64,000 nucleotides of DNA, taken from positions 483,944-547,943 of IMG/VR virus record IMGVR_UViG_3300033145_003233. One strand, written 5' to 3'. The number at the start of each line of letters is the position of its first letter. Positions within the stretch are counted from its first letter, which is position 1. Of this stretch, positions 39,047 through 49,126 are shown piece after piece. The notes below the pieces were generated by a model. That model made no database searches, had not been told where the DNA came from, and was given only the letters and a program-made list of their open reading frames with translations. The translations under genes and the position numbers were made by a program.

Positions 39047-39388
39047 TTATTCTGCCAAAAACTTAGTCGTTCCTTCATGATGGTTAAATTCTATATAAAA
39101 ACCTGGAGATGGAGCATGAGAAGGCTGTGTGCCAAGATCTGGATCATAAGCAGGACCATCACATTCTTCGCAATATACTCCTATTCTTATTGTATAATCA
39201 GCACCTCCTTGACATTTATCTATATTAGATATTTCTATATCATTCTGGTTTTGATCTATAATCATTTCCCCACCTCTTTCTTCTAATCTATTTTTGACAA
39301 CATCTACAGATATTATGTGGGTAAAATTGAAACCACAATGAACACAATTCAAATCTCCATCTTTATCTACTAACTCTTTTCCTGCCAT
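39047..39388 (-). CDS. Zinc-binding hypothetical protein
   Basis: CVHC...CEEC; 113 aa. Confidence 0.65.
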   Translation of the reverse strand: MAGKELVDKDGDLNCVHCGFNFTHIISVDVVKNRLEERGGEMIIDQNQNDIEISNIDKCQGGADYTIRIGVYCEECDGPAYDPDLGTQPSHAPSPGFYIEFNHHEGTTKFLAE

Positions 39389-39417
39389 TTTTGTTTCCTT
39401 AACTAAAATTAAATTAT

Positions 39418-40434
39418 TTACTTCTCTCCTATCTTATATCGCATAGAAGGGATAATGTGGGGACGAATGAGATCGAAAAAAGAATGAACAGAATGGAATT
39501 TAACAATAATTCTCCCTCTTGCAGAACGATAATGACAATCAATATTCCATCTCTCTTTGAACCATTCTATAATTAAATCACACGATTCTTTAGAAAAGGA
39601 ATCTGTGCAAAGAATATAATTACTTTTATCTATATATCCATCATCCATCGCCCATACAGCAACTGACAACTCCGTTAAATTATCTAGCACCTCTCTCGTA
39701 ATTTGCTTATCTTCTTTATAAAATTGAGATATTATTTCTTCTATCTCTGTGTTAGCTGTTGTATAAAATCTCCAACTAACATACGTTTTATCAAATCTTT
39801 TATCATACTGAGAATATTTCTTTAAAGATCCCTTACTAGCCAAATTCTCCAATTCTATATATTTCCATCTCAAATAGCTCTCCTGCTTATCACTATGCCC
39901 AAATCCAACAGAAGAACCATGCCTCTTATCATTTCTTTTAGCATCCCCCATGAGGCTACCATATATTATTTCTCTTTGTCTTTGAGAAAGAGGCTCTTCC
40001 GTTTTCTTCCTATTTATATATGTGGCCCCTCTTCTCTTAATACCATATAATTGTCTCAAATAGGTGAGATCTTCTCTTGTTACAGAAAATTCTTTACAAA
40101 TTTCATCTAACGACATCCCCTTCTCATAATTATACTCAAATTGCTCTTTTGTAAGATTTATCTTTCCTTGACAAAAATTGCTAAAAAATTGCAATATCTT
40201 TTTTGATATACCTGTTTGGGCCATATCATTTATAGATAGACCATCCTCTATATTATTTTTAAATTCCCGGAAGGTTATATATTGATTTGTCCTCTTTACA
40301 GATCCATTCTTAATATCTGCATCAAGATATGGCTCTGCTAATACCCAATTATATTTAGACAAAAGCCTCGATAGCTTCGATTCTTTCATCTTATTAATGG
40401 ATTCTATCGATAATGTCTGACCTTTTACTGGCAT
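39418..40434 (-). mobile_element. Free-standing LAGLIDADG homing endonuclease (338-aa CDS)
   Basis: Two LAGLIDADG helices IIYGSLMGDA and LSVAVWAMDDG; NUMOD3-like N-terminus KGQTLSIESINKMKESK. Confidence 0.85.
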
Positions 40435-40565
40435 AAAAAATTCTCCCTATTTCCCAAACTATAAAGAATATGTTTTCACTTTTCAATATAATTCGGAGAA
40501 ACAAGGAGAAATTCCTGCTTTTTTTATTGATTTCCAGAAAATTGTATTCAGGAGTATCGTTAACC

Positions 40566-41915
40566 TTACCCTTTGAACAAGTACCGAAACCAACGACTCC
40601 TCCCCCCAGGCAATGTATATTCAGGTGTCACTACCATTCTGGTAGTTGGATATGGCCCATATTTCTTTTGTTCTAACAGCTTTTCCCAGTCTTTTTCATA
40701 ATTTTGTTTTAAAGTCTCAAAATTAGCAAAAGCCTTTTGAGCATTTTCAAGACCACCAAATACCTGAGCAGGTTGTTGGAACGGCAAACATCCCATTATC
40801 TGCCTAAAAGCATCTTTAGCTGCACCATATAAAACTATGGTAGTATATCTATCAGGAAGATTTTCTAAGGTATAGCCGCTATGAGGAGGATAAATATTGA
40901 CTGTTTGAAGAGCATTTAGAAGAAACCTATTTAGCTTATCCTCATCAAACCATCTAAAATTATAATCCACATGGACTACTTCCTGTGGCATCAAAGCTTC
41001 TGAGAATCTAACTTTTCCATTACCATAATCTACCTCTATGCCAGAGCTAATCAATAACTCATTCCTATAAACCCTTGCTCCAGCTGACTGATTCCATTCA
41101 GGAAAAGAGAACTGAAAAGTTCTTAAATCATATGATGGTTTCGCCTGCTCATAATACACAGGTATAGATTGAGCACAACCTATATGATGTTCTAGGGCAG
41201 TTCTAAATGCTATAAATCTATATGAATAAAAACCTGGGACAGTAGTATCAGCAGTAACCATAACATTTTGATATTCATGTCTTTCTATTTCATCTACAAA
41301 ATATTCCCAGTCTACTACATAGGTTCCTGTAGGAGCATCTGCGGCAACAAACCACTCATAGACATAGAATCCTCTCGCTGCCTGGAAAGGAGTTCCGCTA
41401 TCAGCTTCATGACTAGCACTATCATCTTCTACCGGACCTGTAATAGTAACGGTGATGCGATACGGGTCAATAGGGGTTCCATCAAATGTAGTAATTTTTA
41501 GATTAAGAACTGCTCCACTTCCTTGTTTAAAACTACCCCTAAAATCTGCTACAGCATTAACATTATCTATTAGTCCCTCCCCTATCACATCGTCAGTTCC
41601 AACTACTACAAATGTATAAGTCCTTGCAACAGAATTGCCACTTATTGTTGCTCCAATAACTATAATATACGTTTTGTATAATTCAAAAAGAGTGCTATCT
41701 AAATCTATTATCGCATAATATAACCCAAGGGTATTATCATCAGCTAACATTGAAAGACCGTCTAATCCAGACACTTTATCTGTTTCATTTGTCGTTTCTT
41801 CGTAGACTGTATATGTCGGAGCAGAATCTGCCCAAACCGGGGCATCCTCTGAATCCAGTGTTCTTATAGTAAAGCTTATACTACCGTTTAATATACCTTG
41901 ATTTGGACAAGCCAT
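40566..41915 (-). CDS. Probable virion structural protein (Ig-like N-terminal domains, adaptor-like C-terminus)
   Basis: Beta-sandwich-like segments (GFYVYEWFVAADAPTGTYVVDWEY); C-terminal FDEDKLNRFLLNAL...IVLYGA. Confidence 0.5.
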   Translation of the reverse strand: MACPNQGILNGSISFTIRTLDSEDAPVWADSAPTYTVYEETTNETDKVSGLDGLSMLADDNTLGLYYAIIDLDSTLFELYKTYIIVIGATISGNSVARTYTFVVVGTDDVIGEGLIDNVNAVADFRGSFKQGSGAVLNLKITTFDGTPIDPYRITVTITGPVEDDSASHEADSGTPFQAARGFYVYEWFVAADAPTGTYVVDWEYFVDEIERHEYQNVMVTADTTVPGFYSYRFIAFRTALEHHIGCAQSIPVYYEQAKPSYDLRTFQFSFPEWNQSAGARVYRNELLISSGIEVDYGNGKVRFSEALMPQEVVHVDYNFRWFDEDKLNRFLLNALQTVNIYPPHSGYTLENLPDRYTTIVLYGAAKDAFRQIMGCLPFQQPAQVFGGLENAQKAFANFETLKQNYEKDWEKLLEQKKYGPYPTTRMVVTPEYTLPGGRSRWFRYLFKG

Positions 41916-41976
41916 TTAAAAATTTCCTATTATATTTGTCATTTATATATTATTATTTATGGAGTAAAAACCTTTT

Positions 41977-42675
41977 TTAATCTCCTAAGCTTGGGCCTCC
42001 GCTTCCTGTCCCTGTTGCCCCTCCATATGATAGTTTGCTAATTGATATTATATCTCCATTTACCACATCAAAACTAAGAACTCTATCTAATGTAATCTCC
42101 TTAGTAGCTCCCACATAATCAGCAACTCTTCTCATTTCTATATGACCATCTGTTTGATCTTGAACTGCTATAATACAATTATTATAAGTATCATCAATAC
42201 CTATTCCATCTACCATAGTAAATCTAAGATTAGCAGAACCCGATATAGGATTATTTACTGTCGTGCTTAATGAATATAAAGACTCATCTGAAATAGTTCC
42301 TGTATTATCTGATATATTAGAAATTTCTGCCCCATAAGAACCTGCTACCTGCATACTAGGATCTATAACCTTATCCCAAACTGCATCAGCTACAGCATCT
42401 AAATCTCCACCTGCCGAAGCTTCTTCCAATTTCTCTCCTGCTGAATCTCCAGTAGTATGAGTAGTTAAATCTTCTTCTTCTCCGAATCCTCTCATCCAAG
42501 GGCACAAGAAAGTAGAACACATCTCTGGTCTTGTATCTTCATTATAAATACTACATCCTTTTTCGCATAAATATTTACACCAGACTAAAGATGGTTTAAC
42601 TTCTCCATTTGGGAACTCCACCACTGAAGCATAGCAACATTCTCTACATTCTCCACAACTCCTATTGTTTCTCAT
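41977..42675 (-). CDS. Chimeric ORF: CxxCxxCC (YkgJ-like) domain joined to a virion-protein-like segment
   Basis: First ~70 aa CGECRECC...CSIYNEDTRPEMCSTFLCPW, then an abrupt switch to DAVADAVWDKV...GSYG. Confidence 0.6.
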   Translation of the reverse strand: MRNNRSCGECRECCYASVVEFPNGEVKPSLVWCKYLCEKGCSIYNEDTRPEMCSTFLCPWMRGFGEEEDLTTHTTGDSAGEKLEEASAGGDLDAVADAVWDKVIDPSMQVAGSYGAEISNISDNTGTISDESLYSLSTTVNNPISGSANLRFTMVDGIGIDDTYNNCIIAVQDQTDGHIEMRRVADYVGATKEITLDRVLSFDVVNGDIISISKLSYGGATGTGSGGPSLGD

Positions 42676-43207
42676 CTTTTATTTTTCCCAATTTTTTATC
42701 TATAGGTTCCGGAGGCCCCACCATTTCTTCTAAAGGAATTTCTATATGCTCATGCGATGGAACTTCTACTTTTTCCTGTGAAGCTGGAATAACTTTTTCT
42801 TTAATTTTATCTAACGAGACCCCTCTAAAATTTCCACCTAGCATCAATATTATCATTATAAATAAAATTACACCAAGAATTCTTATCCACCATCTATGTG
42901 ACCTTAATGTTTCCCATATTCCTGGGTCTCCATTGCCTCTCAAAGAATCATCAAAATCATCTAATTGATCTATTTTATCCCCTATATTTTTTTCAGTAAG
43001 AATGATCTTATTTTTAAGATTCTGATTTTTTTCATTTATGTCCTTTTTTAGGTCTATAATCATGTCTTTAAGTTCTTGGTGATTTCTTTCATCAGATTCT
43101 TTTATATCTAACAAATCTTTATCTAGTGCTTTATGTTTTAATTGACATACATCAGGATTGAATTTAGTCATATCATAGAAATCGCCATTAGGTGCTCCGT
43201 TGGCCAT
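42662..43207 (-). CDS. Coiled-coil membrane protein, possibly lysis-related
   Basis: Coiled coil, then TM WWIRILGVILFIMIILMLGG. Confidence 0.6.
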   Translation of the reverse strand: MANGAPNGDFYDMTKFNPDVCQLKHKALDKDLLDIKESDERNHQELKDMIIDLKKDINEKNQNLKNKIILTEKNIGDKIDQLDDFDDSLRGNGDPGIWETLRSHRWWIRILGVILFIMIILMLGGNFRGVSLDKIKEKVIPASQEKVEVPSHEHIEIPLEEMVGPPEPIDKKLGKIKDEKQ

Positions 43208-43216
43208 ATTTCTCTC

Positions 43217-44041
43217 CTATTTAATGGTTTTTAATAAACTAGCATATACTTTTTCAGGAATATCCCTTCTTCCCTCTTTTTTATATTGTTCAACTAAAAC
43301 AGCCGCCAATCCTGCAAAAAATGCGGTAGCAACACTGGAACCAGATGCTCTCACATATTTATCATCTATATATGTAGTAAATAGGCTTTTATTAGGTAAA
43401 TAGAAATCAGTTTTTTCTCTGATAATATTGTTTTTTATTTTTGATCTTGTTAAGAATCCCGTTGAAAAGACTTCTTTATATCTTGCCGGATAATCTATTT
43501 CCCAGTTTTTATCAATTTTTTTATCTCCTGAGGCGGCAAAGATGCAAATATTATAATTTTTTGCTTTTTTAATTGCATCATGTAATACCCTATAATCATA
43601 CTGTGTTCCAAGTGCCATCACAATTATATCTACTTCTTTTACGATAGCCCACAAAACCCCTGCTACTAATGAATTAAAATCACACATCCCATGATTATCT
43701 ATTATTTTACCAAATAGTAATTGTGCATTAGGAGCTAATCCTACAATAGATTTTTTATTATTTGCCTTTACAATACCAGAAACTATAGTAGCATGTCCAT
43801 TTTTATCATAAACATTTATGTTTTCTTGGCAAAAACTAAGCTTTTCACTTCCTATTTTAATATCTTTATGCTGTGGAGCGCCAGAATCAAGAATAGCTAT
43901 TTTGATATTTTTACCAGTACACATATTCTTTATCCCATAGGAGAGAGGAGAATAGATAACCTGTTGAGGCAATTTGTCTGTAATATTTCTGGTTCTATTT
44001 TTTTCTATATTGATTTTGTCAGGAAGTAGCTCTAAGTCCAT
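43217..44041 (-). CDS. S8 subtilisin-like serine protease
   Basis: IAILDSG (Asp), DKNGHAT (His), SGSSVAT (Ser); no signal peptide. Confidence 0.85.
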   Translation of the reverse strand: MDLELLPDKINIEKNRTRNITDKLPQQVIYSPLSYGIKNMCTGKNIKIAILDSGAPQHKDIKIGSEKLSFCQENINVYDKNGHATIVSGIVKANNKKSIVGLAPNAQLLFGKIIDNHGMCDFNSLVAGVLWAIVKEVDIIVMALGTQYDYRVLHDAIKKAKNYNICIFAASGDKKIDKNWEIDYPARYKEVFSTGFLTRSKIKNNIIREKTDFYLPNKSLFTTYIDDKYVRASGSSVATAFFAGLAAVLVEQYKKEGRRDIPEKVYASLLKTIK

Positions 44042-44057
44042 ATAAATATCCTACCTT

Positions 44058-44789
44058 TTATTGAAAAACACTTGTTGGAACTTTGTGAATTTGACCATTA
44101 TTAAATAACTCTAATTTTGCCCGGAGTGGAAATGTATTTAAATAATAAACATATTTTCTCATAGATATAGCAAGATGTAGAGTTGTTAAGTCATCTGTAA
44201 TTATTTTTTTACACCTATTAATCTCGTCCATTTTTCTAAAGATATTCTTTTTATATGGTATATACCATACCTTCATATCTTCTAGTTCTAAATTCTCTAG
44301 TACATAATTCCTCAAATTAGCATTTGCCACAGATATCCCCACTCTATTTTTTCTACTTTTTGTTTTAGGATAGTATCCAGTATTATACCCCTCACCCTTC
44401 CATGTAAAACCACATAACATAAAATATAACTGCAAAACACTAATATCTAAGAAACTATTTTCTCCTAAAAATATTCCTTTAAACTCATCATATTTTTCGC
44501 AAAAACAAAATCCTGTAGTATTCCTGATCCCAGCATTAGATTTTAAATTAGTTGGAAAAATAGGATACAAATTAATAAATAAATCATACATCTTTTTTTC
44601 TTGTGAAAACTGAGGCAGAGTAATGGTTCTTTTAACATCTCTATTATATTTATTTATATAACAGAGATTCTCCTCTTTCACTACCCACGTTATATCAATC
44701 TTTATTTCTTGTTTTTTAATACGCTTTATAACGCTTAAGGCAGGAACTAATTGAGACATATTCCCCATATGGGCTATTACTATTTCCAC
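44058..44789 (-). CDS. Divergent glycosyltransferase family 9-like protein
   Basis: MGNMSQLVPALSVIKRIK...ITWVV and IITDDLTTLHLAISM mirror GT9 GDxxxxxP and DTGxxHLA motifs. Confidence 0.55.
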   Translation of the reverse strand: MEIVIAHMGNMSQLVPALSVIKRIKKQEIKIDITWVVKEENLCYINKYNRDVKRTITLPQFSQEKKMYDLFINLYPIFPTNLKSNAGIRNTTGFCFCEKYDEFKGIFLGENSFLDISVLQLYFMLCGFTWKGEGYNTGYYPKTKSRKNRVGISVANANLRNYVLENLELEDMKVWYIPYKKNIFRKMDEINRCKKIITDDLTTLHLAISMRKYVYYLNTFPLRAKLELFNNGQIHKVPTSVFQ

Positions 44790-44797
44790 TAACTTTA

Positions 44798-45436
44798 TTA
44801 CTCCATACCTTCCATCTCTGATAGTAATTCGCTCATTGTATTAACAGAGGCTCCCTCTATAGCAGAACCTCCCCCCATAATATCTATTTCTTTAGCATCA
44901 TATTCATCTGGTGGAAGTCCCTTATAATCTTCTACTCTTTCATCCAAAAGAATTCTATCTAAACTAGAATCTACCTCTCTTTGCTTCTTTATCTCTTCGG
45001 CTTGGAAAATTTTAAAGTCATGTATAAGTTTTCTTTTTTTAATTTCCCCTATTACTTCTATCTTCTTATTTTTTATTAATTGCTGAAGAATAGGATTTTC
45101 TTGTATCACCCGATTCATGGCTTCGTCCATTATCCTAAGATCAAATTTACCTTTAAATTTTAATTCATCATTAATATATATAGTCTCATCTCCTATCCCA
45201 TGTAAATATTTTATACCCGTTTCGACAGGGGCAGATGATTCTACCTGAACGCCCATCTTTTGTATCATATTAACAATATCATAGGCATTAACCTCCATAG
45301 CGTTAGTAATATAATAAACGTTTTTATCTTCTATATAGTCAAACAAATCATTGGCTTTTCTAAACGGGATCACTACCATTCCTTCTTTGCCATATAGAGA
45401 TATTCTTTTATTATTTACATCTAATAATACTATCAT
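44798..45436 (-). CDS. Hypothetical protein
   Basis: 212-aa ORF. Confidence 0.65.
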   Translation of the reverse strand: MIVLLDVNNKRISLYGKEGMVVIPFRKANDLFDYIEDKNVYYITNAMEVNAYDIVNMIQKMGVQVESSAPVETGIKYLHGIGDETIYINDELKFKGKFDLRIMDEAMNRVIQENPILQQLIKNKKIEVIGEIKKRKLIHDFKIFQAEEIKKQREVDSSLDRILLDERVEDYKGLPPDEYDAKEIDIMGGGSAIEGASVNTMSELLSEMEGME

Positions 45437-45492
45437 AATAAATTCCCTAACAAATCTAATTTCACTATATTATATATCGGAAAAACCATAAA

Positions 45493-45522
45493 AAAATCCA
45501 CACCCAATTGAATGTGGATTTT
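45493..45522 (-). terminator. Rho-independent terminator
   Basis: AAAATCCACATTC/GGGTGTGGATTTT stem followed by a U-run on the minus strand. Confidence 0.75.
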
Positions 45523-45667
45523 AAAAAAATATAAAAAATATAAAAAGTATAAAAATTAATATGTTGGGTTATCATTCCCCAACCAGTTATATAGTCTTTT
45601 AAATAGCGAACAGATCTCTTAAATTTTACGAGATCTTATTTCCTCCTCTAGTAATCTTATTGGGAAA

Positions 45668-46174
45668 TTACACCCTATTAAGATTGCCCCTATGAATCAT
45701 AAATTCTACTGTCCTAACTTCACTAGCCAAACCTCGTGCATATGTTCTGGCCTTAAAAATAGTATTATCGTGACCAGATAGATTTCTCCTAATCCGCACT
45801 TGTCCAGTATATAAATTAGCTTTAGTTCTAACAGGATCTTTGCCATTAACAGTATAATATGTTTCTGAATTCCAGTTCATACCACCCGAAGATGCTTCTG
45901 TCTTTCCTATAATATCGTCTGTAGAACGATTCTCATAGGTAGTAGTTTCAAACTTACTATCTGGAGTCAACGTAACATAAACATCTCCATCAAAAATCAG
46001 AGAGTCTCTCCTTCTAGCAGTAGGACTACCAGCTATAGATCCCTCAACTACTAACTGGGTATTAATAGTAGTTGTAGAAGTAGGATCAATGACCCCATCT
46101 GTACCAATAAAAGCCCCATTTAAAACTATAGTTGGGGGTTCAACCCTAGTGCTAGAATGATTAATATTAGGCAT
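45668..46174 (-). CDS. Protein with chitobiase/Fn3-associated (CHB_HEX_C-like) beta domain
   Basis: TYYTVNGKDP...LYTGQVRI...TIFKART..SEV. Confidence 0.6.
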   Translation of the reverse strand: MPNINHSSTRVEPPTIVLNGAFIGTDGVIDPTSTTTINTQLVVEGSIAGSPTARRRDSLIFDGDVYVTLTPDSKFETTTYENRSTDDIIGKTEASSGGMNWNSETYYTVNGKDPVRTKANLYTGQVRIRRNLSGHDNTIFKARTYARGLASEVRTVEFMIHRGNLNRV

Positions 46175-46262
46175 TATTTTTTCTCCTTTGAAAAATTTAT
46201 CTTTCTATAATTCAACTCTTTACTGTGATATTCTCTTAAAATAAGAAAAATCCTTTTTATTT

Positions 46263-46964
46263 TTAAACATATATCACATTTATATTGTTATTTGACCTAA
46301 TCTTTCTAAATGTAGTATATAAATGAAAATTTATATTTGGAAAAGCATCACATAAATGATAAAATGTTTTTATCATCCCCTCTCTAAATCCGTTATAAAT
46401 TTCTGCCCCTTTCTTTTTTGGCAGATCATGTTCCTCTCTAGCGAAATAAGGTTTTACATTTCTATTATAAAAATCCACCCCTATAATATATATGTTTTTA
46501 GGATTAAAATAAGTAGCAAACAAAATAGATGCCATTCCTGTAGAATAAAGACTAGATTCATCATCTATTTTATTTATCAATTCACAATGTCTTTTATTAT
46601 ATCCCACCACTTTTAAATCTGGAAACTTTTTAACACATTCTTTATAATCGTCAGTACCTTCTTGAGATTTTAGCTGAATATTTTTAATACCCAACTTCTG
46701 ACAATGATATTTTGAAGTTCTATATCTATCATACTGTATCACGCACAACACAATATTTTTGCCCAGCAAGTATTTCCCTATATAATCTAAAGAATTATTG
46801 AATTCTCCCGCCAAATAACAATAATTAAATTTTTTATAGCACAAATCTAGTCTAGACACAGAAGGACCTCTTGCTATAACTCCTATATTTTCTGCTTTAA
46901 AAAAATCAGAATCTTTGTACTGGAGAGAAGCACGATATATTTTATCTTCAAATGTTAGCATCAA
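46263..46964 (-). CDS. Sialyltransferase-like (CstII/DUF115-like) nucleotide-sugar enzyme
   Basis: IGVIARGPSV...STGMASILFATYFNPKNIYIIGVDFY. Confidence 0.6.
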   Translation of the reverse strand: MMLTFEDKIYRASLQYKDSDFFKAENIGVIARGPSVSRLDLCYKKFNYCYLAGEFNNSLDYIGKYLLGKNIVLCVIQYDRYRTSKYHCQKLGIKNIQLKSQEGTDDYKECVKKFPDLKVVGYNKRHCELINKIDDESSLYSTGMASILFATYFNPKNIYIIGVDFYNRNVKPYFAREEHDLPKKKGAEIYNGFREGMIKTFYHLCDAFPNINFHLYTTFRKIRSNNNINVIYV

Positions 46965-46970
46965 AATATT

Positions 46971-47804
46971 TTATGTTGTGATATCTAAACTTTCTTTAAT
47001 AGCTAGAATCAATGCTTGATCAGCAGAAAGCTCACCAGCACTAACCATCTCTACCAATTTATCTTCCTTCTCTTCGGTTGTTAGACCAACAAATAATGGG
47101 TGGTACTGTTGATATAATGCTTCCATCTCTTCCTCTGTATACTTCCTCAAGATAAATGGGTCGATAGCTCCATGGGCAGAAGACGATGGAGGAGCCGAAG
47201 ACGAAGACGAAGAAGATAATGAAGACGAAGACGAAATCGAAGATGAAGAAGACGAAGAAGATATCGAAGACGAAGATGAAGACGATGATGAAGATAGCGA
47301 AGACGATGATGAAGATGAAGAAATCGAAGATGAAGAACTTGAAGACAACGAAGATGACGAACTTGAAGACGACAATGAAGACGAACTTGAAGACGACAAT
47401 GAAGACGAACTTGAAGATGACCTTGAGGACGAAGACGAAGACGAACTCGAAGAAGATAATGACGAAGACGAAGATGATGAACTTGAAGAAGATAATGACG
47501 ATGACGAAGATGAAGAACTTGAAGAAGATAATGACGAAGATGAAGAACTTGAAGAAGATAATGACGAAGATGAAGAACTTGAAGAAGATAATGACGAAGA
47601 TGAAGAACTTGAAGAAGATAAACTTGAAGATGACGATGATGACGAAGAAAGCGAAGATGAAGAAGACAGAGATGACGAAGAAGACGAAGAGGATGAAGAT
47701 GAGGAAGAAGCAACCCCAGGATAAAAATTAAATGTTTTAGTTGCCGCACCTTCACTGATAGTTAAAACTCTTCCATCAAGAAAAAATGTTCTTGGCCCTG
47801 CCAT
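46971..47804 (-). CDS. Poly-serine protein with conserved C-terminal ~40-aa domain
   Basis: ~175-residue Ser tract including a perfect 30-nt repeat. C-terminus EEKEDKLVEMVSAGELSADQALILAIKESL resembles the end of 50905..52551. Confidence 0.75.
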   Translation of the reverse strand: MAGPRTFFLDGRVLTISEGAATKTFNFYPGVASSSSSSSSSSSSSLSSSSSLSSSSSSSSSLSSSSSSSSSLSSSSSSSSSLSSSSSSSSSLSSSSSSSSSSSLSSSSSSSSSSSLSSSSSSSSSSSRSSSSSSSLSSSSSSSLSSSSSSSSLSSSSSSSISSSSSSSSLSSSSSSSSSSISSSSSSSSISSSSSLSSSSSSSAPPSSSAHGAIDPFILRKYTEEEMEALYQQYHPLFVGLTTEEKEDKLVEMVSAGELSADQALILAIKESLDITT

Positions 47805-47913
47805 AATCTATTCCACCTGTCTTTTCACTTACTTTATAATTATCCCTTAGATTAATAATTTATAAAATAAATCATTATATCCTTGTTTTTTGTTTATTTT
47901 AACCATAAAAATA

Positions 47914-48456
47914 TTATGCTTCTTCCGTCCATGCTCCATTTCTGGCTATTGTAGCCCAATCTCCATTTTCATCGGAAATCAATGTTATACAAGCCCCGAT
48001 ATTACTGTTACTCTTATACTTACTAGCTGTTTGACCACTTAAGTCTCGAATTGTTTTACCTGCCTCTGGATAAATCCGAATCTCTTGGGCGACCTGCACA
48101 GCAAATATCAGTTCAATCCCTTCTCCCGGAGAAGGAGGTAGGTTAAACTTAATTCCAAAATTTGCCCCTAAATTAGTAAAAACTGATTGATGATCTCCTA
48201 TATCTAAATCATGTGGAGAACCTACCTCTGTGTATGATTTTATTACTTTAGTTCCATGAGCTAATGGAAATCCATATGTTAGCTGCCATAAGGTATAAGT
48301 TCCAGCAACCGTATCTTTAAAAGTTAAATTACCAGAGTCATCTTCCCATATTCTAGTATTTGTATCAAAGAAACATACTCCATCCGATCCATTAACATAT
48401 AAATCAGCATTAGTAATTAAAAAGCCATATATAGTTGTAGGATTTAATTCTGCCAT
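47914..48456 (-). CDS. Virion fibre/adhesin module A protein (start refined to MAELN)
   Basis: Paralog of 48456..48992 and of the N-terminus of 50905..52551 (LTFKD.VAG.YTL.QL; ITLI.D..G.W.TIA..G.W). Confidence 0.65.
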   Translation of the reverse strand: MAELNPTTIYGFLITNADLYVNGSDGVCFFDTNTRIWEDDSGNLTFKDTVAGTYTLWQLTYGFPLAHGTKVIKSYTEVGSPHDLDIGDHQSVFTNLGANFGIKFNLPPSPGEGIELIFAVQVAQEIRIYPEAGKTIRDLSGQTASKYKSNSNIGACITLISDENGDWATIARNGAWTEEA

Positions 48457-48992
48457 TAAGGTCCCTCCGTCCACGTTCCTTCTTTAGCTATTGTTCCCCA
48501 ATTCCCATCCCTATCAGCAATTAAGGTGATAGTTTCACCTATAACATTTGCTGTTTTATAACTATCTATAGTTTGCCCACTATCATCTTTAATAGAACGT
48601 CCAGACCCAGGATATATAAACAAACTTTGAGCCGCTTGCACTGCGAAAATAAATTCAATACCATCTACCACAGCAAGAGGAAGATAAAAAGAAACGCTGT
48701 TAATAGCCCCAAGGTTTGTAAGAATATTACCCGTTTGCCTTGCCTGTAAATTAACAGGAGAATCTGACTCTGTGTAGGATTCTATTATTCTACTCCCTTG
48801 AACAGAAGGATTTCCTGTTAAAAGTTGCTGTAGGGTATATTCTCCAGCAACTGCATCTTTAAAAGTTAAATCAACATTTTTCCAAATCTTAGTATTTAAA
48901 TCATTGAAACATATACCATTTGACCCCTTAATATATAGATCATCATTGCCAAATAATGATCCCTGTATAGTTGTAGAAGATAATATCGCCAT
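48456..48992 (-). CDS. Virion fibre/adhesin module A protein
   Basis: Same paralogous module; TAATG stop/start overlap with next gene. Confidence 0.65.
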   Translation of the reverse strand: MAILSSTTIQGSLFGNDDLYIKGSNGICFNDLNTKIWKNVDLTFKDAVAGEYTLQQLLTGNPSVQGSRIIESYTESDSPVNLQARQTGNILTNLGAINSVSFYLPLAVVDGIEFIFAVQAAQSLFIYPGSGRSIKDDSGQTIDSYKTANVIGETITLIADRDGNWGTIAKEGTWTEGP

Positions 48993-49011
48993 AATTATTT
49001 TATATTAACCA

Positions 49012-49126
49012 TTAATCCCTAATTTTTCTTGAATAGCTATATAAACTGCTTCATAAGCTGTTATTTTTCCGTCCCCGACCATCTTAATAATAAAGGTTTC
49101 TTTTTCAGAGTTGGTTAAATCTACTT
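49012..49126. repeat. 115-bp exact duplication of 50915..51029
   Basis: Identical sequence; encodes the C-terminal domain in frame in 50905..52551 but out of frame here. Confidence 0.9.

Larger units (their letters stand above)
38817..39443. repeat. Three dispersed 24-bp direct repeats (38817-38840, 39006-39029, 39420-39443)
   Basis: acttttctcctatcttatatcgca identical in two copies, one mismatch in the third; minus strand encodes RYKIGEK and contains AGGAG. Confidence 0.9.

Noticed and set aside
47147-47755. Overlapping ORFs in the poly-Ser region (K/T/M-rich plus strand, Leu/Arg-rich minus strand, and an open Asp/Glu antisense frame)
   Set aside because: Expected shadows of TCN/AGY repeats; no RBS or promoter support.
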